Assembly (NCBI RefSeq): GCF_002571385.2
Contig: NW_019217870.1
Span: forward strand, 604,661 to 668,660
Length of the DNA: 64,000 nucleotides
Source of the DNA: Stylophora pistillata
Lineage: Eukaryota
Direction: 5' to 3'
Below the pieces are notes generated by a model. It saw only the letters and a program-made list of their open reading frames with translations, ran no database searches and was not told the DNA's origin. The first letter of the stretch is position 1, and each line of letters begins with the position of its first letter. A program made the translations under genes and the position numbers. Positions 24,201 to 35,474 of the stretch are shown in pieces.

Positions 24201-26036
24201 TTGTTTTCTCGTTACCCGACGAGCAACTGGCATTTTCTGTGGACCCGATGGCATGAAGCCCTACAGAAACATTAGGCAATCTAGTTTCATCTTCTGTACA
24301 GCTGCTGCTGTCATTTTCACAGTTTTTCTCCAGAGCTTCTTCGTCCAAATTTAACCCTTCGTTCCTTTGTTCTAAGCATTCTGAGCCAACTCCTGTCGAT
24401 GAATTTTCACAGCTACTCTCAGATCTATTTCCTATCTCCCTCAACCAGGAAAAGCTTTCTTGAGACGTCCTCCTCCACTGCAGGGTCAATAAACCCTTGG
24501 ACGAAAGTTCTACGAGCACAGAGCCTTCAAAAGATTCTTGAAATAAAAGTCTTTTTTTCTCTTCGTCAACGGAAACACTTTTCACTAAAGACACTGTGGA
24601 GATAGGAAGAGGAGACCTTCGTGACCTAATGATCATAGATGTGTATCGTTCATCTACAAGTACTTCTTCTACAGATAAACACAGTTAGTCACAATTTTCT
24701 AATTTTCTCGTAGTAAAGTTGACATAAAACTTTACCATTGATTATTTTAAGGGTAAATGTCGATATTCTTGACGTCGTTCCTGCTACTTAGTAAATAAAC
24801 CCCTTCAGGCGGTTGGTACGTTGGTTGATAATGTCCACAGCAAAGATATTGTCCTCGAAATGAATATTTGGAAGAGAAGCGAAACTTTAAGGGCAAACGT
24901 TACATTTTGGGGACAATCTCTCAGCAAACAACATTATCAGCCGACATATTTATTTTATAGCCCTCCCACTAATTTTCGTATCGCCAATAACAGCAAATTT
25001 TGTTGATTATTCTGTACCATCCGCAGTAGCGTTTGAGAACAATTTTTTAACGTCACTATCACCGGACTCTACAAACGAGTTAGTTTTTCTTGATAAAGAT
25101 GAAAAAGTGAAACTCTTGAGCAGGTTTTTTTTTCTGCTGGCTTTGTTTCTTTTCGACGGAAGTATTCGTAGGATAAATATCGTAATAGACGGGGTTGATT
25201 GCGTGATAACTATCCGGTGATTTTGCAACACGTGACAGAATCGCGTAAAAATTAATGGGTGGGTTATAATGGCTGACTAGGTTTACATACACGTTCATAT
25301 GTAAAAGAGTGTATCATGCATTTATCAATGCCTAGAAATTGTATACAAATAGTGAGGGACTGTACAGTTCAGTATTTTAGTAAGTTGATAAATTATTTTT
25401 CACCTGCAAATTCACACATATTTCTAAAAAGTGGCAAAATCGGTGAGGTACAATCTTCAAGGTATTTATGACAGGAAATAATTTCAAGAATTGCTACTTC
25501 CCCTTATTAACATGCTAGATGTCTTACTCAGGAACACAACACTAACAATAAACCCAGCCAAGGCTTGCAAATAATTTCAAGAATTGCTACTTCCCCTCAT
25601 TAACATGCTAGATGTCTTACTCAGGAACACAACACTAACAATAAACCCAGCCAAGGCTCGCATATGTGATTTGAGAGTAAGCGCATAATTTAGAATCTAT
25701 CCTTAATCAGCCTCGCGAAAGGGATTTGAAGGTCATTTTCACCTTGATGGATACAGGCACTTACCAGGTTGAGTTTCTGGCCACCTTAAAGCAAAACATT
25801 GCTTGGATCGCAAGAAAAAGAGAATGAAATCCCCAGATCTTTGACTATCAAGAAGTAATTGAAGAAAAAAATGAATCACATTCAACTTCGGATGAATAAG
25901 GAATGTCCTATGTAAAATAAATGTATGGATATCTGAAGGAGAAAAATATTAATTAAAATGCAATAAAAATGACAAAGACAAAGACAAAGAAGAAGTCAAA
26001 GTCAAAAGACAGAAAAATAATTACAATCACAATAAC

Positions 26037-26071
<35 letters not shown>

Positions 26072-29000
26072 CAATGCTAGGAAAAATCATCAAATCATTA
26101 TCATTTCCACTCAAAACACCTGAAACTTGCTGCTCCTTTAGGAATGCCATCAAGACAAATTTGTGTGGTTACAGAGGTCTGAATATCCAATGTCAACAGG
26201 ATAAATGTCTGGTCATTACATTGAATTAATCTAAGAGGAGATTTAGCAAGTCTTAGCAAAACTAAAAATAAAGCTAAAAATAGGTACTGTAAAATTATTT
26301 TTTTTTGCTATTATTATTCCATGGATAATATCATATTTGATACTCATTCCCACCTACCAAGGCATTCTTCATACAAGTAGTTCGTGATGGAAAATCAATT
26401 TCATTAAAAAAAATCTTGTTATCTAAGCATCATGATGATAAAAGACATTGTTACTGAAGGCAAAATGAACAATATTGAAACACCTGTATATCACTCAAGA
26501 CTTTGTCAGGATCTAGAGAGAATAATACAGATACAAACAATGTATCTCTGCACATTGTAGCCACCCTTAACAATTTGTTTTTAAGTAAAAGAAAAGTTTT
26601 TTTGTAATTAATTTAGGGTAATTATACCACGATAATGCCAGTAAAATCAAGAATTTACAGTGATCAAAATATCAAATAGTACTAGTCTTACTATTACAAT
26701 AAGTGGAAAACTAACCTCATGAATCTGCTATCTGGAGACCAACTCACAAAACAGCCAGGTAGATCCCCTGACACCTTATCAATGCTAATACCATGTTCAA
26801 ACTCTATCCAAGTCAATCTCCCATCTTGAACAGCCTAAAATTAGGCAACATTAGACATGTAATGCTGAAAGCTCAATGTTTGAGGATCTACTATTTTTAC
26901 TACACTACCCTGTATTTAACATTTGTTGTTGTTGTCTTTTTTTTGCTTATCTCAGACATACTTTACTTGTATACATACACTTTATTCCAATAGTGATTAC
27001 CAAAAATAACCACATTATCATGGGAAGCAGTATAGACTAATAAAGGCAGGCCATATGTCAACCAATAATACAGTAAAACTCTATATTACCTCAAAAGCTA
27101 ATACAAAGTTGATCAACAATAGAATACAGAACAATAATCATTACAAATTGTATTTAGCTTACTTTACAGTGATTTGAGTTCATAAGTTAAAATAAATAGA
27201 TTAAATCTTGATATGCACATGAAAAATAATCAAATAATTACATATTAAATAACTATAAGAAGTGTAAAACTTAGGTATCACAGTCAATTTACAAATTTCA
27301 CTCTTCATTATGTCTAGAGCATCAAAGGTTAAATGGCAGAGTGATTGCTTCATTTTTTTTTTTACTTAACTTAATTCTTATGAATCAGCTTGAGTTAATG
27401 TTTACACTTTTAAATACACAAGCTAAAGAGTTTGCAGGTCCAAATCAAAGGGTGCATTTTCAGCTCATGACTAAAGAATGGGCAAACATGTTCAGGTTAA
27501 GAGGCAAGAAAAGTCTCTGATGGACTTACAAAGTGGATTGCCTCAATTAAGAAAATAAAGGAGGTTGTGGAAGGTGATTACACCATAGCCAGTGACACCC
27601 TCTGTCACATCACTTACTTTCTTATACAAATGCCAACAGCCTTCCCAACCTGTCACAGCAACCATAGAGCTATCATGAGAGAACTCCATGCTAGTAATGC
27701 GAACAGTTTTAAGGTGGATATACCAAAACTCTGTAAATACAGAAAAATTGTACAAGTTTGTTTAACAATATCAAGTCCACAGGGAAAGAGGGAAAATCAG
27801 TTTGTAGTATTTTTACTGTAAATCCATACTTGTATAGACTGAGGTAAATGATAAAATCAGCAAGATTAGTAGTTTTACAGTTGAGCTTGAATTCCTAACC
27901 ACTTTTACCTACAAGACCTTACACATTGTGTTGCAATGTTTTTTTGGTTCTTTCTTTAAATTTATCCTGCGTGATCTGACAAGGTCTTCATCTCAAAGTT
28001 TCAAGGCAAGGGCTACATCACCATGTGTATAACCAACTAGAGAAGGTTTCTATGCCTTAGAACATTAATTTTAATGCCCCTTTTGAGTCTATTACACAAA
28101 TTGGGAAAAAAGTCGAAAGATTCTTACAATCTCAAGACTTTTCTTTTGCATTTTTTTTTGTCTTCCACGTTTACCTGGTTGCAGTCTGTTTTGCTTTCCT
28201 CCTAACTCTTTTTTACCCCTTTTTGTTAGGGGTGCATTTTCTAAATCCTGTAAAGTTTATTACCATTCATGGATAGCCATCAGTATTGATTTAATTCATT
28301 GTCTAACATCAACATCAAGTCAATTGTGAAAACACTATACAAGTACTAACACTGTACACCCAATAATTTGATTAAATATGTTCTAAGAAATATCAAGTAC
28401 CAGTAATGCAGCTCAGGACTTCATTGTAGACATGCATTTTCATTAAAACCTTTAAATACTGTACATGTTCCTTGACTGCACTTTCAAAGTGCAACTAATA
28501 CAGGTTATGCAGATTCTCAATAAATACATTTATTATCATTAATAATAATCATTTAATACTAACCTTTTTGGTCAGCATACAAGCTAGAAACAGTCCATAT
28601 ACCAAAATGGCCATCAAAGGCAGCCTGCAATTCCAAGAAATTGTAGTAAGACAATCAGATATTATTAAATAAGTTATTCTGACTTTCATTCATATATTAT
28701 AAATATTTTAACATAAAATACCAAAATTGTCATCTTATTGTAGTCTTTTTTCATAATCTCAAGTAAAATTGTAATGAAAATTGTTGCAGGGATTGGCTGA
28801 AAATTGGATAACATGTGAAGATACAAGTAATTGCATTTTTGATAGCATAGACAGGCAACAAGTATAAAGTATTGAAAATGGTTACAGTACAGTAACTGTC
28901 AGTGACTAATATAATATAGGCATTAGGCTATGCATGGCCTCCTTGTGATCAACCTAAACCTGTCTGTAACCAAATTTTTGAAGATACACAAACAATGCGA

Positions 29001-32000
29001 GTACATCGTACATTTAAAGTCCACCCTCTGTTAAAAAAATAACACCTTGCGATGAAGGTTGATAGCTTTTGAGATGAAAATTTTTCTATTTGAAACTGCC
29101 CTTGAATTAATTCAATTCTATTTTTTTTTTCAGATTGCATAGGCTTGAGTAGATGTAGGGGCATACCACTGCCAAGCTCTGTTTGTCTGGAGAAAATTCC
29201 ACCAAAGCAATGGCCAGATCTGGATGAACTGATAAGGATGCACCCTGACACAAAAAAGACAAACTGAGAAAGGACAAAGTAAACACAGCAAAAAAATTGA
29301 TCTCAAAAGTAATAATTACAAATTAAAAAATGTTTTTTGAGTTACAATTTTAAAGTTGTCTGTCAACTCCATTTGATAAAGCTCCACTCCATTTGGACCC
29401 GCAACTGCTAAATGATAAATCTGAAGAATCAAAAGACAACAATTCAGGGATGTAAACTTAAGAAAGGGACTGCAATAAGATAAAACTTGCATGTGACATG
29501 ACTCTGTAAAAGCTATAAAGTCAATATAAAGGTAAAGATACTAGCTAAAGCATTTCTTTGAGTCTTCTTCCATAAGGAGGCAATTAAAAAGAGTTAATTA
29601 ATTCATAACTAAGTATTTGAATGACTCGAAATAATAATTAAAATTGGTACTTCAAAGTTAAAATGTGTAACAGCTCATAGCCTAATCTTTAGCAAGCCAG
29701 AAGCCAGAAACCAGAATTAAAAGTCAAGATTTGGACATCATATGTTGGCACTGACCAAAACAATTCAATCTCACAGTATCCATCTCCAACAAAGGAATGA
29801 AATTGAGAACCAGTACAAAGGTGGCAAATAAATTTGACAAATGATCACTGGGGGAGGGGGGGAAGGGAGGAATGGGGGCTTTTTGCAATGGACTATTACC
29901 CCTTTCATGATGAGTAGATACTAGAAAAAATCCAAAATGTCCACTAGTTGGTAACTGACATGACAATGTGTGGTAGTTATGGGTATCTTAACTTGTCTAG
30001 TGTAGGACCTATATTGCATAATTATCAGACATTTACCCAAAAGCTTACAACAATTATGTATATAAATTGTACATTTTTAAAATCGTTACTCATTCATACA
30101 CTACCTCATCTGAAGATGAAAAATCCCTCAAGATAATGGAAATGTCTTTTGGCAAATAATACAAAGGAATAGTGTGAAAGATGAGGAAGTCCTCACTGAC
30201 CTGACATTTAAGATACAAAAGTAAGATAAGTATAAATTAAGGAGAAATACTTATCTGAGTATGGTTAGAGTAACTTAATTAATATGTTCTGCATCAAATG
30301 CTGTGTTCTAAACATTTTCACTCCAAGGAGCAACCAAACCTGGATTCCTCCTTACATCATCTATTATACTTTCAAGCAGAATGGTGATGAGAAGTGAGAA
30401 CTTAATCAACTCTGGGGTATTTTATTTCCAATCTACAATCATAATAAATGTATGGCAGGGAGTGTGGAGAGTTGATTGCTGAATCTTGGAATTGGAAAGG
30501 TTAAAGAAACCAACGACAGAGCCATTCCATGCAAGAAAATAGTTGTAAAAATTATTCATTTCTTTTCTAGCAGGATCCATATTCTCATCTATTAACAACA
30601 AACTGAAAAAAAAAGAAGTAACTTACAGTATCAAGGGCAATTCTAATGACGTCGTAGCTACCATTCAATGAGAGCCTCAGGTACATTTTAATAATAATAC
30701 TAATGATTTAGCAGTAGACATTCTATAAGGCAGCTCTTCCTATTCCTTGTTTCCAGGTTGAATTGGGATTTGGAAAGTTGGTTTTTGGGGAAGGAGGAAA
30801 CTGGAAGACTCTTAGAGCAAGGATGAGAACTAACAACAAACTGAACCCACTCATGCAACTTGGCTATGTCAACTCAGTTGAAATTGTAAATTGGCCACCG
30901 TAACGAATAAAAAAGCTGACGTTTTGAGTGTTAGCCCTTTGTCAGAGCGAATGGAGGAATTGTGGGTTGTACGTGGGTTTAAATATAGAGGCAGAGGTAC
31001 ACCAGCCATTGGTGGGAACATGGCAACGAGAAAAATAGTAATAAACTAGTGGAATGAAAAATGTTCGTTGTTACCTGTGAGATTAAGAGTGCCGATTTGA
31101 AAGATTAACTTTTGTTCAAGACTTTTGCAGCTTTCTGTGTTGCCTAAATGTAAAGAAAGACCGCAGATTGCCATATGTTGTTTAGAATAATTAGGTAAAT
31201 TAAACTGGCTTGGATGCCTACTTGCCATTCCTTTCTACGTCGGGAAGGTGTTCTCAGAATCGGTCACCTAGTCGTCTTCCTGCTTCACTGATGTATAAAT
31301 TTTCGCAATAAGTGCAAGTTATGTAATAGATTACGTTGGCGGAGGGGCACGTGAAGTAATCGGTGATCTTAATGGATCGCTTGGGTCCTGATATTTTCTC
31401 AGCATTGAGAATGAAGGGACAAGTTTTGCATCGTGCCCAAGCGCATTTAAAAGTGCCGGGTTGATCATTAGTTTGGAATGAATTTCTGAACAAAAAATTG
31501 CCAATGTTTTTGTCGCATTTGAATGAAATAAGTGGAGGTTGCAAAAAGATAGTGGCCGTCTCTGGATTGTTTTGAAGTAATTTAAAGTTTTTAAGAATAA
31601 TGGATTTAACTGTGTGGTTGTGAGGGTGAAACGGGAGAGTGAATGGAATGTGGTCAGGACTTTCCTTCTGTGATGTTTTTAGAGCTGACTGTCGATCAAT
31701 AAGTTGGGCGTGATGGTGACCCATAGAGTTTGGGTTTGGGGCCAATGTATTGGTTACAAAATTGGTGTTCAACAAAACCTACAAAAAGATTGGCATAGCT
31801 GGGTCCCATTTTGGTACCCATGGCTACGCCGTGGGTTTGTTTGAAAAAGTTGTCCCAGAATGAAAAACAGTTAAGTGTGAGCACTAGTTCAGCTAAGCAA
31901 AGTAGGGTTTCAGATTTAGGTTCCTTAACAGTACGTTGATCAAAAAAATGTTTCCTTTTTAGATATCAAAGTTTCAATTGAAGGCAACGGTTTATCCACT

Positions 32001-33089
32001 AGTGTGTATTACAAACCCACAGACTCGCATAGTTACTTGTTGTATTCATCTTCGCATCCATCTCATGTTAAGAATTCCATTCCCTTTTCTCAGTTTCTAA
32101 GACTTTGTTGTTTATGTAGTGATGACTCTCATTTTTCCCACAAATCACAGTTAATATGCCAGTTTTTCGAAAAGCGTGGTTACCCTGTTTCTTTCGTTCA
32201 AGCCGGTCACTACCACGTCCAACTTATTGATCGACAGTCAGCACTACAAACGTCACAGAAGGAAAGTGCCGACCGCATTCCATTCACTCTCATGTTTCAC
32301 CCTCACAACCACTCAGCAAATCCATTATTCTTAAAAACTTTAAACAACTTCAAAATGATCCAGAGACTGGCCCTATCTTTTCGCAACTTCTACTTATTTC
32401 ATTCAAACACGACAAAAACACAGGCAATTTTTTGTTCAGAAGTTCATTCCAAACTCATGCCCAACCCGGCACTTTTAAATGCGCTCATGCATGATGCAAA
32501 ACTTGTACCTTCATTCACAACGCTGAGAAAATGTCGGGACCCAAGTGATCCGTTAAGATCACCGATCACTTCATGTGCACCTCCACCAACGTAATCTATT
32601 GCATAACTTGCACTTATTGCAAAAATTTATACATCAGTGAAACAGGAAGACGACTAGGTGACCGATTCCGAGAATACCTTCGCAACGTAGAAAGGAATAA
32701 CAAGGACGCATCCCAACTAGTTGCTAGACACTTTAATTTACCTAATCATTCTAAACAACATATGGCAATCTATGGTCTTTCCTTACATTTAGGCAACACG
32801 GAAAGCCACAAAACTCTTGAACAAAAGTTAATCTTTCAAATCGGCCCTCTTAATCCCACAGGTATCAATGAACGTTTTTCATTCCACTAGTTTATTCGTA
32901 TTTTTCTTGTTGCCATGTTCCCACCAATGGCTGGTGTACCTCTGCCTCTATATTTAAACCCACATACAACCCACAATTCCTCCACTTGCTCTGACGAATG
33001 GCTAACGCTCGAAACATCTGCTTTTTTATTCGTTACGGTGGCCAATTTAAATTTCAACTGAGCTGATATAACCAAATTACATTGTTACC

Positions 33090-33124
<35 letters not shown>

Positions 33125-34188
33125 TTTAGCCCCCACTCAAGTAATGCCAAGTCTGGGCATCAAACCCAGACCCCCACAGTGGGAGGTGGGTGCTCACACC
33201 ACTACACCATCCCTGCTGAAAGAAACAGAAGTAACAGAAGTACACATGCTTACTTTACAAAGGTGGATTCTGTATCCAGCCACTGCAAAAATCTCATCAT
33301 CAGTGGACCAAGCATGGCCTTCGAGAAGTTCACCTTTGCTGAATGAGAGTTTCTTGGTAATGACTGCCTGGAAACTGTCACCAAGCTCTGCAATGCAATG
33401 CAAAAGAAATCTTTGACCTTAAGAGCTGACATGCATGTTCCATCACTGCAGCTGCAATTTTGACACTCCAGGAAAGGTAAATGAAATGATTTTAAGTAGT
33501 CTGAAAATGTAGCTACACCGAAGGACAGCGACTAAAACCCTGACCTGATGGTTTTTGTAAATAGAGACTAGGCAAAGAAAACATAAAAAAGACGAAATTT
33601 GTTTACGTAAATCACTTTCAAGGTCGCTTGTGAAAGAAATTTTATACTTCGTAGAGAATTAAACCGCAACAGTTTCACTCTTCTCAGCAACTTTTCCGTG
33701 GCAGCAGTTATAAAAAAATATATTCTCTGAAGTTAAGTGGACAATTTCAACGCAAAGAAGTTGTTAACAACAGGTACACATAGTTGTAGCAATTGATGCT
33801 TAACTGGGAATGCTAATAGGTCCCACATTTGAACCAGCAACGTACTTTAGAGAAAGTGTACTTCTCGCAATGTAAACAAAAGCAAGGTCAGGACATACTA
33901 AGGGACGTCAGCAGACAAAGTGCCATTGAAATTAGAAATCTTTTACCTGCTTTCTTGTAAAAATGCACGGTAAACAATAAATTAAGACATTTTCATTTTC
34001 GAGTTATGGCTGAAATATACTTTTAAAGTACCTTTTAACTCAAGTATTAATACCGTTCCAAAGTCACACAGGACGCTGAAGTATTTACCAGTGCTTGAGT
34101 ATTTGATGCAGTTTTGCAATGACGGGCTCGCTGGCTCTAATGCTCCATTGACACTCACACTTACCACCGCCTTACCTTTACCCGCCAT
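21266..34188 (-). CDS. Uncharacterised WD40/beta-propeller-like protein, 15 exons, ~793 aa
   Basis: Phase-consistent GT-AG exons (-): 34188-34032, 33387-33254, 30200-30105, 29420-29346, 29244-29167, 28624-28564, 27730-27618, 26834-26716, 26230-26120, 25844-25765, 24668-23850, 23323-23206, 22761-22664, 21846-21640, 21381-21266. Blade-like motifs: AWSTDDEIFAVAG, VEFSPDKQSLAVAAFDGHFGIW, MEFSHDSSMVAVTGWEGCWHLY, VSWSPDSRF, LLTTGGNLRIW. Confidence 0.75.
22012..22490 (+). mobile_element. Two adjacent/nested tRNA-derived SINEs (MIR/CORE-like)
   Basis: Heads GGTGGCCAAACGGTTG..GGTTCGAGCTCC and GGCTAATGGTTAGTGCG..GGGTTCGAAACCTGGCC, then TGTGTTGTG..TTGGCAAAACACTTTACTCTCAC core-like sequence. Confidence 0.7.
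25476..25661. repeat. Tandem duplication, 93-bp unit x2
   Basis: AAATAATTTCAAGAATTGCTACTTCCCC...CCCAGCCAAGGCT repeated almost exactly. Confidence 0.9.
26018..26069. repeat. (AAT)n microsatellite
   Basis: Run of ATAATAATA... in an intron; explains the poly-Ile shadow ORFs. Confidence 0.9.
30700..33217 (-). mobile_element. tRNA-derived SINE split by a Penelope-like insertion
   Basis: The SINE body (30700-30853) resumes at 33132-33217, where the tRNA-like head lies on the minus strand. The 8-bp duplication CCCACTCA at 30846-30853 and 33132-33139 flanks the insert. Confidence 0.65.
30854..33131. mobile_element. Penelope-like element (RT + GIY-YIG), two decayed copies in inverted orientation
   Basis: Minus arm ~31950-30860: QTHGVAMGTKMGPSYANLFVG, NVIYYITCTYCENLYISEAGRRLGDRF. 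Plus arm ~31955-33125: FLDI, YYKPTDSHSYL, NVIYCITCTYCKNLYISETGRRLGDRFREY, LEQKLIFQIG.LNPTGINERFSF. Multiple frameshifts. Confidence 0.9.
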
Positions 34189-34296
34189 TTTGAAAATTCC
34201 CGCCCAGAGGAGATTGGATACTAGCAGGTAAATATTAACCACGAGGTGAGCGTGACGTCANNNNNNNNNNNNNNNNNNNNNNNNNNNNNNNNNNNN

Positions 34297-34381
<85 letters not shown>

Positions 34382-34387
34382 TAAAAA

Positions 34388-34487
34388 TTATCGCGCGATA
34401 ATTTCCATTTATGGCGCGATAGATTATCATTTATCGCGCGATAATCTATCATTTATCGCGCGATAATCTATCATTTATCGCGCGATA
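34388..34487. repeat. ~22-bp tandem repeat containing the TTATCGCGCGATAA palindrome
   Basis: ATTTATCGCGCGATAATCTATC units; probably MITE-internal (TATGGGCCACCGTA terminus at ~34509-34522; related mini-palindrome TACGGTGGCCC..GGGCCACCGTA at 34786-34811). Confidence 0.8.
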
Positions 34488-35272
34488 AAAAAAATGTGTC
34501 ATGTCCCATATGGGCCACCGTACGATCTACGCAGTAATAAATTTAAACACGACCTAACGCATTGATACCAATGTCAAAATTTTGGAGAAACCAGAAAAGC
34601 AAGCACGATATTAATGCGCAGTAAATTTTTAAAAATCATCTTTTCCCAAAAACAAAGCTCCAGTGAAAGAACACTAAGTATGAAATTATTTCCGACGAAA
34701 AGAGCGATGGATGCAGTATAAGTTTTTACTCAAAAGTCAAGATGAAGGATGAAAATCGCGAAATATTTTTGCATGCGGGTAAAGATACGGTGGCCCCTGT
34801 GGGCCACCGTAAGATCGCCCTCTCAGACTCATGATAAATATTTTGGCTCGAAAACACCCGCAGACCAGCTAGGGGCATCTAATTTCTCGATTGACAGAAC
34901 ACTCGACCGACGAAAAAATTCTCGACAAACAGGAAAATTCTCGCTTGCAAAAAAATTCTCGATCGACAAAATAAATTCTCAATCTACCAAAAAATTCTCA
35001 ACCAGCAAAAATATTGTTCGACCGATGAAAAAGTTTTCTCGATCCTTTAAAATATTTCTGGACGATCGAAAATATTTCTCGAAAGACAAAATTATTTCTC
35101 GACCAACAAAATCGTTCTCGACCACTTTTGTCCAGTATGACTTTCTATAACAAAAGCTCTAACCAAAAATCAAACAAGTCGGATACAGATGATCGAAGTG
35201 CAGATGAATCACAAATAAAACTTTGAGGCGAGCGTGACGTCAGATGTTTACGAAATCCGACCGAAGACAAGA

Positions 35273-35374
35273 TAGTCTCCCCCGCAGCCGTGATGTTTCG
35301 GTCACGCAACGCTCCCTCACAGACACTGTGAGGGAGCGTTGCGTGACCGAAACATCACAGCTACGGGGAGACTA
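35273..35374. mobile_element. 102-bp hairpin MITE (TIR-only derivative), same family as 49641-50605
   Basis: TAGTCTCCCCCGCAGCCG..GTCACGCAACGCTCC arm, 3-nt loop, near-perfect reverse complement; flanks AAGACAAGA / AAGAAAGA resemble a ~9-bp TSD. Confidence 0.85.
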
Positions 35375-35474
35375 AAGAAAGAGGGCCTTTCGACGGATGT
35401 TGACGCGTGCTGACCGTTATCTAGTGCTTTCCATATTTTATCCATTTATTACTATTTCATATATCGTCTCACCA

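Larger units (their letters stand above)
34189..35474. promoter_or_regulatory. Putative bidirectional promoter (WD40 gene / cGLR) with two CRE palindromes
   Basis: Head-to-head ATGs; TGACGTCA at 34253-34260 and 35235-35242; CpG-rich near both starts; middle filled with MITE-like repeats. Confidence 0.5.

Noticed and set aside
25953-26229. Poly-Ile membrane peptides
   Set aside because: Translation of an (AAT)n microsatellite.
34749-35150. 133-aa Lys/Ser-rich ORF upstream of the cGLR
   Set aside because: Derived from degenerate ~21-bp AAAATTCTCGAC-like repeats; no protein features.
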